From NCBI RefSeq assembly GCF_009914755.1, contig NC_060926.1: a stretch of 64,000 bases of DNA; one strand, given 5' to 3'. This DNA comes from the human T2T-CHM13v2.0 reference genome, Homo sapiens. Positions 1-13,469 of the stretch are shown here, one piece after another; the first letter of the stretch is position 1; the number at the start of each line of letters is the position of its first letter. The notes under the pieces were generated by a model that had not been told where the DNA came from, searched no databases, and saw only the letters and a program-made list of their open reading frames with translations. Made by a program: the position numbers and the translations under genes.

Positions 1-197
1 GAGGAAGACAAGCCCCAAGGCATGTTGGATGAAGTGACCAGATGGCAAGAGCTGAAACCCTGAACCCTAGCAAAGAGCCCTCTCACTGACAGCCCTACTG
101 GACTTCACTGTGTGCAAGAAATAAAGACTCAACTGTGTTAAGCCATGGAAGTTTCAAGGTCACTGGTTATGGAAATTAGCCTAGACTGCCTAGACTT
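1..197 (+). mobile_element. Old MaLR LTR 3' end (MLT1 type)
   Basis: agaaataaag...tgtgttaagcca...ttatggaaattagcctagact resembles an MLT1 terminus. Confidence 0.6.
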
Positions 198-208
198 ATA
201 TGCTGGAA

Positions 209-512
209 TTTTTTTTTTTTTTTTTTTTTTTGAGACAGAGTCTCGCTCTGTCACCCAGGCTGGAGTGCAGCGGTGTGATCTTGGCTCACTGCAACCTCCA
301 CCTCCCAGGTTCCAGCAATTCTCTGCCTCAGCCTCCCGAATAGCTGGGATTACAGGTGCCCGCCACCATGCCCGGCTAATTGTTTTGTATTTTTAGTAGA
401 GACTGGCTTTCACCATCTTGGCCAGGCTGGTCTTGAACTCCTGACCTCGTGATCCACCCACCTTGGCCTCCCAAAGTGTTGGGATTACAGTCGTGAGCCA
501 CCACACCCAGCC
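209..512 (-). mobile_element. AluS, full length
   Basis: Poly-T followed by gagacagagtctcgctctg...ccacacccagcc. TSD tatgctgga at 199-207 and 513-521. Confidence 0.95.
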
Positions 513-1337
513 TATGCTGGATTTCACAAACCCAGGAATTCTCCAAGATTGGTGATTCTGCCAGCCGTCTCTCCACTGCCCATGTTTGGATCATCAAAGA
601 AAACAAGATGCTTCTTATTAGGCTTTTAGGACCATAGGTTGATGTTTCTTATTAGGCTTTTAGGCTTTTGATCTCAGTGTACAAGTAATTCTACCTTAGC
701 TGGTTTACTTATTTGTTTATTTTTTTACAAGAGCCTGAGTTTCTAGAGGCAGCTATCTAATTTCTCAAGTCGGTCTCGGTTTATAACAAGCGAAGCAAGG
801 AAATTCACATGGCCTGCCATGTCATTGGCTTATCTGGTTCAGCCTGTGCTACAGACAACCTTTCACCTAAATTGCCCTTGAACCACCACAGCACATGTCT
901 TTGTGGGGTAAGTATGAATTAGCCTGACAAAGCCACACTGTAAATGTCAATGTTTTCAGGAAATGTTTACTATGAACAGCATATTGAACAATGCAATTGA
1001 AAACAGATTAAGAATTGACTTTGTGGTAGAAAATTATAGAGGGATGTTAAGCTGATTTTGAATAACCAACTATATGTTTTATCTAATTTTTAAAAATACA
1101 AATGTGTACTCCTATTAGTTTGAGCACATATAGTGAGTATTGGCTGTTTCACTCATTAGGAATTAATCATACATTATCTTTTGCCGTCTCTTCTGTTGCC
1201 TTAACCCATAGTAACTTGTTAATTACCACAATAAGCTTCCAACTTACATAATCCCAACTTAGGCAGTGCTCATTCAGAAATGCCCTGCTGAGACTCTCAG
1301 TTTCTTACATTATCTGTATGGATTCCCAGACATGGAA

Positions 1338-1500
1338 CCTGGGAGAAGTGACTCTATCGCTTCTGAACTTCTGCCTCTCTGGGCTGACTTTCTTACCTAT
1401 GAAATAGGTGCAATATTAGTGCCTGACTTATAAGGATGGAATGAAAAGAAATAACCCATGTGAAGCATTTCACATCCCACCTGGCACATAAGGAGGCAAG
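1338..1500 (+). mobile_element. MIR fragment
   Basis: MIR core-like tttcttacctatgaaatagg...cctggcacataag. Confidence 0.65.
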
Positions 1501-2279
1501 CCACATTGCTAGCTATAAACAACATAGGTTTTAGGCAAGTTCCCAACTCTTTATAGGCCTGAATTTCTTCACCTAGAAAAATACAGACAGACACAGACAC
1601 AAATGTTCCCAGAGACAAACGCACTGCTCTGACAAAATTCCCAAGCAGCAAACAGAATTTGTGGTGCGTCAGTTAACCTGCTGAATGTTTATGTAGCAAG
1701 TGCATTCTGTGAAACAAGGATTTTTTATCATTATTATTGGCCAATAGACTTTTGAAACATCCTTACGCAAGAGGGATCACCACGTTGTAACATGTTATCA
1801 CATAATTTATCTCCATTTCAGAATAATAGGAAGGAATTTCCATGAGCCAGGGAGATTGGGGGCACTTCCTTTATCCTGGTCTCTAATCTGATCTGGTCCC
1901 ACTTCACTCAGACCAGCGCCATGTGGAAAGGAAGCGGCCCATCCTCCCCAGGGGAGATTCAATCACCGACAGTGAGTTTCCTTCTGCTGCAGGCAGCTAA
2001 AAGCTGAATAACCAATTCAGCAAGGCTAAACCCAATCTCTCCCCTCAAGAGAGAAGGAAACAGTCCATTTGAAAATGAATTTGATCCTGGGATCTGAGAT
2101 ATGCAATTTTTTAAAGTTCTTTGTAAATGGGTGGGGCTAGGGGCAAGGAGTGTGAACTTGACAGCCCTTACAATTGTTCAAGTGCCACCAGTGGCTTCAC
2201 CTGCTGAGTACTGTCAGTTCCCAAGTCGCCCTGAACTCTCATGTGTACAGTACCTAGCAGAATGCTTGAGAGAAAGGTC

Positions 2280-2770
<491 letters not shown>

Positions 2771-3073
2771 TTATCTAAAGAAAATATATTATAAATGAAG
2801 GAATAAGTCTGTAATATCATTCAATAACAGGTTATCTCATATTTGGAAAGATTAAACAAAAACTTTCAAGAAAGCCCTTTTACAGACTATCACTCATAAA
2901 AATCCAGTAACTATTCATTATTTCTTCTCTAGTTATCATGATTACCACTTTGAGAGCAGAGACTATGGCATAGACACCTTCCTAATCCCTCCCTTGAAAC
3001 TCAGGGACAAAGCATCTCTTACTGTGCTCTGCAAAGAACAGGGTATTTGCATGAATTATTCTTTTGCAGCAAT

Positions 3074-3437
3074 TGTGGTCTGAATGTTTTTATCTCTCCC
3101 AAATTCATAGGTTGAAATCTAATCCCCAATGAATAGTATTGATAGATAGGGTCTTTAGGAGACAATTAGGTCATGAGACTGGGACCCTTATAAATGGGAT
3201 TAGTGCCCTCACAAAAGAAGCTTGAGGGAACTTGCTCACCCCCTCCACCATGTGAGGACACATAGAAGGCGCCATCTATGAAGCAGACAGCAATCCTTTA
3301 TCAGACATTAAATCTGCTGGTACCTTAATCTTAGACTTCCCAGTCTAGAAATAAATTTCCATAAGAAATGCATTTCTGTTGTTTACAAGCTACCCAATCA
3401 TTGTATTTTGTTATAGGAGCTCAAACAGACTCAGACA
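3074..3437 (+). mobile_element. MLT1A-type solo LTR
   Basis: tgtggtctgaatgttt...aaattcataggttgaaatc...aaacagactcagaca. Confidence 0.85.
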
Positions 3438-3482
3438 CCAGTCTTGATATTCTGGATCCATTATGGATTCAAGGAACTAGGA

Positions 3483-3956
3483 TGCAGTGGATTGCATGAT
3501 GTCCACCAAAAAGATATGTCTAATTGCTATCCCCCAGTACCTGCAAACATGATTTTATTTGGAAACAGGGTCTTTGCAGATGTAACTGAGTTAAGGATCT
3601 ACAGATAAGGTCATCCTGGATTTAGGGTGGCTTCTAAGTCCAGTGACTGTTTCCTTATAAGAGACAGGAGAGAGAGATTTGAGACACACAAACACATGGA
3701 GAGGAAGGACCTATGGGGATGGAGGTAGAGATTAGAGTCATACTTCCATGACCCAAGAAATGCCAGAAGCCACCAGAAGCTGGAAGAGGCAAAGAAGAGG
3801 TCCCCCATAGAGCCTTCTTGGGGAAAATGGCCACGTGACCCTGCTGTCACCTTGATTTCAGCATCTGGCTTCCAGAATGGAGAGAATAAGTTCCTGTTGT
3901 TTTAAGCCACCAAGTCTGTGCTACTTTGCTGCAGTAGCCCTAAGAAACTAATGCAC
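3483..3956 (+). mobile_element. MLT1B/C-type solo LTR
   Basis: ttatttggaaacagggtctttgcagatgta...gttttaagccaccaag...gaaactaatgca. Confidence 0.85.
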
Positions 3957-4399
3957 AGGGGTTTTGGGGAACCAGTGGGAAAGACTTCTTAATCTCCAGG
4001 TACAAGGATATTCTACTCTTCACTCAATGGGAATAGGAGACAATGAAATGGTTTGGGAAACGCCACAAAATTGCCAGCTCCTCTCAGTAGAATTTTCTTA
4101 AAGAGAACAGTGAGATGTGTCTCCTTTCACTCTAAATATATCACCAAAAAAAAAAAAAAAAGAAAAAAGCTGAAATTCATCAGGATGCAGCACGTCTTGT
4201 TTATGTCACATAAACTTGCCTAGACTACAAAAAGGTCCTTCAAAAGCCTAGACAGACAACAATATGAGTTTTACTTGGGTTTCTTATAATCAAGTTGTCG
4301 ACGGTGCTTTTATATTTGAGCATTTTGAAACAGGAGAAAATAATTTGGCTTTAAAGTCTTACCCACTGAAAATAGTGAGACACCCTCAGCATACTAACG

Positions 4400-4556
4400 C
4401 GTCTCTACTCTAAATGTGTTCTATGGAACGGCAGCATTGGCATCCCCTGGAAGCTTGTTAGAAAATGCAGGGCCCTTGCCAGAGCTACAGATCCAGAATC
4501 TGCATTTTGACAAGAGTCCCAGGTATTTGGGTGGCACATTAAAGCTTGAGAAGCTC
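4400..4556. mobile_element. MER5-type hAT-Charlie DNA transposon relic
   Basis: gcagcattggcatcccctggaagcttgttagaaaatgcag...cattaaagcttgagaagc. Confidence 0.75.
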
Positions 4557-5149
4557 TCATCTAAAGCATTTACGAGACAACTGTTTCAAAGGCTGTGGAA
4601 TTTTGCCATCTTAAAACAAGAATGACCAGAAATCCGTGCAACACACATACACACCGACATCAAATTATTTAGCCTTCTCAGCTCTCTTGACCTTGACAAA
4701 AACTGTACATGGTCTTGAAATTTAAAACAAGAAAAGAAAAGAAAGAAAAAAATTAAAAAGAACATTTATGTGTTTCACTCCATTTATTGAATACACTATT
4801 TGCTAACTGGGTTAGACTCCTATGTAAGAGTTAGTCCCAGAAATCCAAGAGATCAGAAGCAATCCTTTTTAAAAATTATCTTTTTCAGCTGTGGCTTTAA
4901 TGTATTTTTTAACTCAGTTTATTAGTTTATTAGGAGAGTCCAGTGTTTCCAGTAGAGCTCAGCTAGTGATCACTACGCACCCTGTAACTACTACTTTGAG
5001 CATAGAGCACTGAGTGACAGATGACACCAATGCATGGGGGAGCAAACAGTGACCCAGCACTGCACAAAGCAGAGGAGAGAGGGACATGGCTTATCTCAGC
5101 AAGGGGAGGCAAGAGATATTCTACAGGGTGTCCCTGGGATTACATAGAG

Positions 5150-5450
5150 TCTGCCAGCCCTACCTGGGAGGATCAGAGAGCAATTCCTGAAGGATATGGT
5201 GTCTATGCAAAGTCATAAAGAATGCATTATAGGAATGTTTCAAAGAAGGTAGAAAAAGACAGTCTAGGCAGAAGGAACAACACAAGTAAAGGCACAGAGG
5301 TGTGAAAGAATCTGGGACTCTAGCAACTACGGAATATGAAGTAGGAGTCAGAGAGGGATGGCAAGGAAGCAGGGAGAGGCCAGCCTATGGGGAGATCCCT
5401 GTTGTCTAAGGAGCCTGGACACAGTCGTCTGAGTGATGGGCAGCTCATCT
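5150..5450 (-). mobile_element. L2 fragment
   Basis: aggcagaaggaacaacacaagtaaaggcacagagg, a typical antisense L2 motif. Confidence 0.55.
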
Positions 5451-7516
5451 TCTGCTACTGCTGCTGAGAAGAATAAAAAAAAGTGCCTAAATTCTCTGAA
5501 GTCTCTCATAAGCCAGGCTCAATAATAGAGTAATGAGGCTGTGAGTACCTGAGTACTCTCTGTATGATATCAGCAAAAATTGGGATACTTCTAAAAGGCA
5601 AAATGCATTCTATGAATTAGATTTTATGATGACAAGGTACAGATCAGAGGAGATATTTGGGTCATATCACATGGTTAATTCAGTGCAATCAAAGCTCTAG
5701 AAATGAAATATGAGAGGAAGCTCACTAATATCGAGACTTTTAGGTGATTACATAGCTAAAAATGCACAGAGTAGATTAAATCCTTAAAGACATTTTCTGC
5801 TGAAAAACCCTCATGAAGATCACCTTGGTAATTTGGTAGCCGAATCACCTATTTGGGGAGATTCTTTGAATCTTCTTCAATATAGAATATTAAGAGCCTT
5901 TTGGGTTACGGGTGATTTCAAGCTCTTCGGGCTGCAGAAACCCCCGAGTTCTAATATAGTGTATTTCTGTGTTCATGGCAAGGAGTCAAAAAAAAAGCAT
6001 GAAATGTTCTAGGCAATTAGGGGAGCAGAAAAACCTGTGTATGTCAGTCACACGCTAGTCGGCATGTTAATTCATTGTTGGCTGTGGTGCGGAATCCCAC
6101 ATGGGCCAGTCCACAGGTACAAACTGCATGATTACCTCCCACCCACTGTTTTGCAAATGCATGCTCCCCATCACAGAAGGCATCAGGCCAGAGGAGATGG
6201 ATGACTTAAGACCTCTGTCAATATAACCCCCAAAATCACCACTGCTACTAAGGGAGGGCCAGTAGAGCAATGCTCATAAACAGGAAACTGAGATATTGTC
6301 TACTTTTGTTACAATTATTTGACATAATCATATTTTATGTTTTTAATTAGAATGCATGCATCCAAAAGAAATCGATGTAACACCTGGAATGTATGAAAAA
6401 ATGTATGAACCCAACAGATCCATGTCTGGAGAATAAATAGCAGCTGCATATATTGTGTAGCCAGGGCTGCAGAGCATCAGTGAAGAGCAGATTCAATCAC
6501 TGCAGCTATCCCATATAACAAACCACAGTTTTTTCCCTTTAAATACCAAAGCTGTTTTTAAGATATTCCACCTTATCATGCAGAACATATTAAAGAGGAC
6601 TCCAATTAGTTACTCAGTAATTGGAGGAGTCACTCTACCTGTTTCTGTCTGCTGAAAGGAGCTTTAAGACTGCTGCCTCCTCTGCTGGGCAGATGCCTGG
6701 ACTCCCACCCTACAAGACAACTTCAGACCTAAAGACGCTGTAACCTAGTAGTACTCTTATGCTGATGTGAAAGCCTGACAAGCGTGTTAACAAGACCTCT
6801 AGGTTTTACGTGATTTAATCCTTGTTCCTTGTTCCTTTTCCTATGACATGTGCCATGGATGTCCAAGCGCCTTCCTGGCTGTGGGGTGAATCAGGACTCA
6901 GAGTTAGCTGTGGAAGTGATGAAAGCCCACCACCACTGGGAAGACAAGCTAAGAGGACCCCAAAATGGGATAGATGAGGACAAGAGTCATCCTACCTAAG
7001 CAGTAGTTCCAAGACAAGAGTCCTAATTAACAGGAAGTGTCTGTATCTGAGGGGAGGCAAGATCAGGTGAGGGAAGAGGAGAAGAGGTTCTCTAGGAATG
7101 GGAGGTACAGCCAAGGGGCAGTTCACAGAATATAGCACCAGGGAGGACATTCTTATGGGGGCCGAGAGTGCATGCTGAAAATGCTGTAACATCGGTCATC
7201 AAAGTGCTGCCAAACCTTAGTTTGATATCAGAGATGGCAACAGGGAATCATTAACTGTATGGGTGAAAGAGGAACTCTAAAAATCTTGATGAAAATGGTT
7301 AGATAATATAGTAATTATTATATGCTATATATGATAATATCTAGAATGTTATCTCTAGCCTGTCACAATGCAGTTATTGTCCAGTCCTTGGCTGGGATGT
7401 TGGTGGTACCCATAGGACAGGAAGGATGCATAGTCAATGCCATGACACATCTTCCTCTTCTGCACGTCCTGTGCTCTCCTCCCTGCTCACTCACGTAGGG
7501 CAGATAGGAGGGAGGC

Positions 7517-7877
7517 TCATATGGTTTGGCTATGTCCCCACTCGAATCTCATCTTGGATTGTAGCTCCCATAATTCCCATGTGTTGTGGGAGAGACCTGA
7601 TGGGAGATAATTGAATCATGGGGACGGTTTCCCCATACTGTTCCCATGGTAGTGAATAAGTCTCATGAGATCTGATGCTTTTATAAGGGGTTTCCCCTTT
7701 CACTTGATTCTCATTCTCTCCCTTATCTGCTGCCATGGAAGACTTGCCTTTTGCCTTCCGCCATGATTATGAGGCCTCCCCAGCCACATGGAACTGTGAG
7801 TCCATTAAACCTCTTTTTCTTTATAAATTACCCAGTCTCGAGTATGTCTTTATTAGCAGTGAGAATGGACTAATACA
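7517..7877 (+). mobile_element. THE1C-like solo LTR
   Basis: atatggtttggctatgtcccc...ggactaataca, with degenerate 5-bp TSD gaggc/gagcc. Confidence 0.92.
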
Positions 7878-9115
7878 GAGCCCAAGGCATGGAGGGATGG
7901 CAAAGGAGCAGCGATGCCACAGGCAGGGGCAGAGGCATCCTGTCTGGATATTGACCCAGGTAGGAGTGAGGCAGGAAAGAAGTTCCAAATAAAAGTACTG
8001 AGGAATGTCCTGTACATCTACATTATAACTATTACATCGATTAGACTGGAGTTTTCACTGTCTCAAGAATTAAGTCATAGAAACATATAGTAATATTGTT
8101 CTGACGCAAAAATCTACAATTAAGATATTTTATATTTATTTGAAATCTGCCTTCTAGAAAACACAAAGTGATGGGGGAAAGATATGGGATTAAGGCCAAG
8201 GAATTCAAACAGGATCACTTTTGACTCCCTTTATCCCAACTTAAGTAATAGAAAATGAATACTTTTACTTGTCTTTTTTTCTATACAAATTGAATATTCA
8301 GTGCCCCTGAAACAATAAAAACAATTCCAAAATGAGACCCTAAAAATGGTAATGGACTTATTTTAAATACTTTTAAGCCTTTTAATAAAGAATATACTGA
8401 TAGCGAAGTAAAGTGGATTTAAAACAATCTTTCCAAGGCAGCAGTGAGCCTAATGTTCTCATCATGTGATAAGTTAAATGACATCAAAATAGGAATGAAG
8501 GCAATTTGAAAATAACCTTTCAAAAATTATCTCAAAATGCCAGAGATAACATTCTAGAGGGTTTAGCACGAAAAGAGAAAGGCTGGCTAAAGCTTCAAAG
8601 ATGAATATCCTGTCTGAATTGCTGTGATTGAGGGAAAAGATAAGTGTCTGAATGTCATAAAATCTTCAGAGCTGCACGACAGTAAATTAGCACATCGCTC
8701 CAATTATTGGATAGCATGTGATGGCTAATTCAAGAATGTCCACTGGCCTTGTTAAGAACTTTTTATCCATTATTTCGATGTTAAAACGATTTCAATCATG
8801 CAAAGTTTTCAGTTCACACTGATCCACATAAACTTTGTATTATTATTATTATTTCCTTATATGCAAAACAAAACTAAACAAAACCACATTCTAGAGAGGA
8901 AGAATTATTTTTAAGTTTTGATTCTATTGGCTATTTTTTCTAGTTTCTCTACTAAGAAGAAAATGCCATTGATGATTGTTTTGCCAAGTAACTTACACCA
9001 TCATTGGAGTTCACCACTGAAACGTTAAACGCTCCTTAGCAATGTACTCAGCTGTATTAGTGAACATCACATCTAGAAATGCACCTCCTAAACAGAAGGG
9101 GTAATGTGTTTCTAA

Positions 9116-9425
<310 letters not shown>

Positions 9426-10027
9426 TCTACAACTTTTTTTAAGAAAAATGAGTCACTGTCTTTCTCTGAAAACCCTACACCTGATGGGGAATGACAAAAC
9501 CCTAAAATCAGCTCACAGATGCTAGTGCTGCTCAGAAAACAGTCATGAACAATGTTTTCATTTTGCCTGTGGCTTGGAAGCTTCTCTCTGTATAGGCGAG
9601 TCTCATACCAAGGCCCTATCTCTATCTATCTCACAGAAATTCAGTAACGTATGCTAATATCTAAATTCCCAGCAGACTCTATGTGAGAGTAAAGTAGGAA
9701 CGTCTCCTAGAATGTTTCAAACAAGATTGAAGCTATGGAAATTTGATTTAGTGCACTTTGGGGAAAATATCTACTGCACAGCATGGCATCCTGAAAGAGA
9801 ACAGCATAGTTACCTATTTGTATGAATGGAGCAAGTTACCGCGAACTCCTCATCCACTATATGAATTTGTTGGAGTAGATGTCAAGGGCACCTTGTAGAT
9901 CTAAAATTTTAGAATCTTAAAATAAATTAAGTAATACTCCTTAACTTGTATGTAACCATCACAGTAACTTAAGGCCTAGGTGACCTTAGGCAAATTACTT
10001 TTAATGTCTGGAGCCCCTACTATTTTT

Positions 10028-10237
10028 TATATATATTTATATATATATATTTATATATATATACACACACATACATATATATACACACACAAACACACAC
10101 ACACATAGATATGTGTGTATATATATATACATGTATGTGTGTGTGTATACATATATATATATATATAAATACATAACCATCAGTGTCACTTAAGGCCTAG
10201 TTGTTTGTGTATGTGTGTATGTGTGTATGCACATATG

Positions 10238-10268
<31 letters not shown>

Positions 10269-10275
10269 ATACATA
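10028..10275. repeat. Compound (TA)n/(CA)n/(TG)n microsatellite
   Basis: Directly visible dinucleotide tracts. Confidence 0.95.
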
Positions 10276-10276
10276 T

Positions 10277-10400
10277 TTATAGATGGGAAGACTGAGGCAC
10301 AGTGAGGCTAACTAATTGATGCAATAACCTGAGGGTAATAATGGGCTGAGATTCAAACCCAGGTCCTCTGGCTCCCATGTTTAAATTCTGGTTCTTAGCC
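10277..10400 (-). mobile_element. MIR fragment
   Basis: agatgggaagactgaggcacag...gagattcaaacccaggtc. Confidence 0.75.
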
Positions 10401-10437
10401 TCAGAGAACCTCAATCAGCTGAACAAGAACACGGAAG

Positions 10438-10746
10438 GTGATGGTTAGTTTTATGTGCCAACCTGGCCAAGCCACCATACCCAGAGAGTTAGTTGGTCCA
10501 ACTTTATTCTAGATGTTTCTGTGAAGGTATTTTTCAGATGCTAAATGAGCGAAATTTCTACTTAAATGAGTAGATTTACAGTAAAGCAGATGACCTTCCA
10601 TAATGGGAGTCAGTCTCACCCAGGCAGCTGAAGGCCTTAATAGAAAAAGGCTGACGTCCCTGGAAGAAGAAGTAATGCGTCAACATTACCTCTTCCCTGG
10701 GTCTCCAGCCTGCTGGCCTACCTTGTAAATTTTGGACTTGCCAGCA

Positions 10747-10842
<96 letters not shown>

Positions 10843-10925
10843 CACACAAACACACACACACACACACACACAACACAACACATGCATACATCCAGTCGGT
10901 TCTGTTTCTTTGAAGAACTCTAATA
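10438..10925 (+). mobile_element. MLT2 (ERVL) solo LTR containing a (CT)n(CA)n tract at 10747-10880
   Basis: gtgatggttagttttatgtgccaacctggcc...ggttctgtttctttgaagaactctaata. Confidence 0.85.
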
Positions 10926-10989
10926 TAGTTACAAAATTGAAATTGGAATCCAGATCTATATTTTTTTCAGGGATGCTTCTGTTCTATTT

Positions 10990-11500
10990 AAGAAGTGCAG
11001 CTGTCTTTTTACTGGTAATTTTCTCCTGTGCTTCACCTGGACCACTGTAATGGTATCTTAACCAGTCCCCTGCCTCTAACCCTACTCCCCATCCTAAACC
11101 TTGCCAGAGATTATGCCCTGTAATACAAGAAGTACCTGTCAATCATTTGAAATTGCTCAACAGCCCCCTAGCTTGGCAGGCAGGTCCTTCACAATTGGGG
11201 TACTCTCTACCTTGACAAATTCATCTCCCTCTATTCCACTAGATGCAACTTCATGCTAAGCATGCCAAATGACCCTTCCCTCCTCCTACAAGCCTTCACT
11301 ATTCGCATTGACTGTGACTCAGTTCACTTTATTATATCCTCTGTGCATCCTCTCCCACAACATTCTACCCTCCTCTTGAGTTTCTAAAACACATCTTTGT
11401 AATAAAAATCAACACCTCCTTGTTTTATAATTATTTATATACACTTGTCTTCTTCCACTCAACTATGAGCTCCCTGAAACAAAGACCTGTGTCTTATGAA
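10990..11500 (+). mobile_element. L2 fragments
   Basis: cttgtcttcttccactcaactatgagctccctga and upstream L2-like sequence. Confidence 0.5.
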
Positions 11501-11813
11501 GCTCTAGAAATTTGCACAATGGATTTTCCATACACTTTTATTGGATCTATAAAAGCCAACTATCCTGACTCTTAGTCAATGATAGACCTAATTTCACTTG
11601 AATTATAAAATTTTGTTGTTTTTCTCCAGATCGTTTTTCACATGTTATTACTGAACAATGAAAAAGTCAGAGTCTATAACATCTTAATTTTTTGCAAGAA
11701 TAATAGAATACCTGAAATTCATATCCAATGTAGAATTCAATTTCCTATCTTACCTTGCTCTTTTATGTGACAAGCTCAACCAATCAACCAAAACAAGCAG
11801 CTACACTCCTCAC

Positions 11814-11842
11814 TGAGGGTCAGGGTTAGGGTTAAGGTTAGG
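11814..11842 (+). repeat. Short interstitial telomeric sequence flanked by a 17-bp direct repeat
   Basis: TGAGGG TCAGGG TTAGGG TTAAGG TTAGG between tacactcctcactgagg (11802-11818) and tacactcctcattgagg (11843-11859). Confidence 0.85.
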
Positions 11843-11895
11843 TACACTCCTCATTGAGGTGTGTAACACCTAAATAATAATTAAAGAAGGCTCTG

Positions 11896-12149
11896 GGCCA
11901 GGCACTGTGGCTCAGACTTGTAATCCCAACACTTTGGGAGGCCATGGCAGGAGGATTGCTTGAGCCAAGAGTTTGAGACCAGCCTGGGCAACACAGCCAG
12001 ACCCTGTCGCTACAAAAAATTAGAAATTAGTCAGACATGGTGGCATGCACCTATAGTCCCAGCTACTCTGGAGAAAAAAAAAAAAAAAAGAAGAGAAGAG
12101 AAAAAGAAATAAAGGAAAAAGAAAAAATGAAGAAAAACAAAAGAAGAAG
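11896..12149 (+). mobile_element. AluJ lacking most of its right arm, with a long A/G-rich tail
   Basis: ggaggattgcttgagcc left arm; right arm stops at cccagctactctggag. TSD aagaaggctct (11884-11894) / aagaaggttct (12150-12160). Confidence 0.88.
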
Positions 12150-12638
12150 AAGAAGGTTCTATAGCACTAACCATAAAAATTTACTGTAAACTACACATTT
12201 TAAAGCAGAATTTAAGTAGAGGAAACACATGGTTTGAATCCCTCAAGTAGTATTATTTCCTAACCTGTGTTTCTAAAATCTTTCACCTAAGTCTCATTTT
12301 TTAGACTCCACTCCATTCATATTGAAGACTCAAAAAAGTCAATCAGGAAACTGCATGAATATCAATTTACAATACTGACACACCAGGTGTGCCCCACATT
12401 GTCTACTCAGACTGGAAAAGCTACTTTCAATATTTTAATTTGTTAAGGCCTTGAACTTGGCAATACAGAAACAGTATTGACTTCAAGTTACTACATTGGT
12501 TTTCTACTGCCCCAAAATCCAGAGGTGAGTCAGTGGAGTTCATTTTTTAATTGCTTCATGGGTTTCATTCTATTTTCAACTAGCTTCCAGGTGAAATATT
12601 TTTAAAAATCATTTTAATCATTAAAAATATTCAGAAGA

Positions 12639-12921
<283 letters not shown>

Positions 12922-13098
12922 TCAGAAGAAGAAATTCTACAAAGCTTAGTAATGAGCCATTTAGTTATTAGGACAAAATCGGATGCTGAGTCTTTATGCT
13001 TTAGTGTTTCATCCAGCTTGAGGTTGGGTTACCCATGATCCTCATGGCACTTCATCCTGCCCATGCACTCGGCAGCATCCACACATATCTTGTGTTGC

Positions 13099-13464
13099 TG
13101 ATATGGTTTGGCTGTGTCCCCACCCAAATCTCATCTGGAATTGTAGCTCCCATAATTCCCATGTGTCATGGTAGGGACCCAGCAGGAGGTAACTGAATCA
13201 TGGGGGTGGGTCTTTCCCGTGCTGTTCTCATGGTAGTGAATAAGTCTCATGAGATCTGATGGTTTTATAAATGGGAGTTCCTCTGCACAAGCTCGCTCCT
13301 GCCCACTGCCATGTAAGAAGTGCCTTAGATTTTCCTTCATCTTCTGCCATGACTGTGAGGCCTCCCCAACCATGCAGAACTGTGAGTCAGTTAAACCTCT
13401 TTCCTTTATAAATTACCCAGTCTTGGGTATGTCTTTATTAGTTGTATGAGAACAGACTAATACA
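13099..13464 (+). mobile_element. THE1B-like solo LTR
   Basis: tgatatggtttggctgtgtccccacccaaatc...gactaataca, with exact TSD gttgc (13094-13098, 13465-13469). Confidence 0.95.
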
Positions 13465-13469
13465 GTTGC

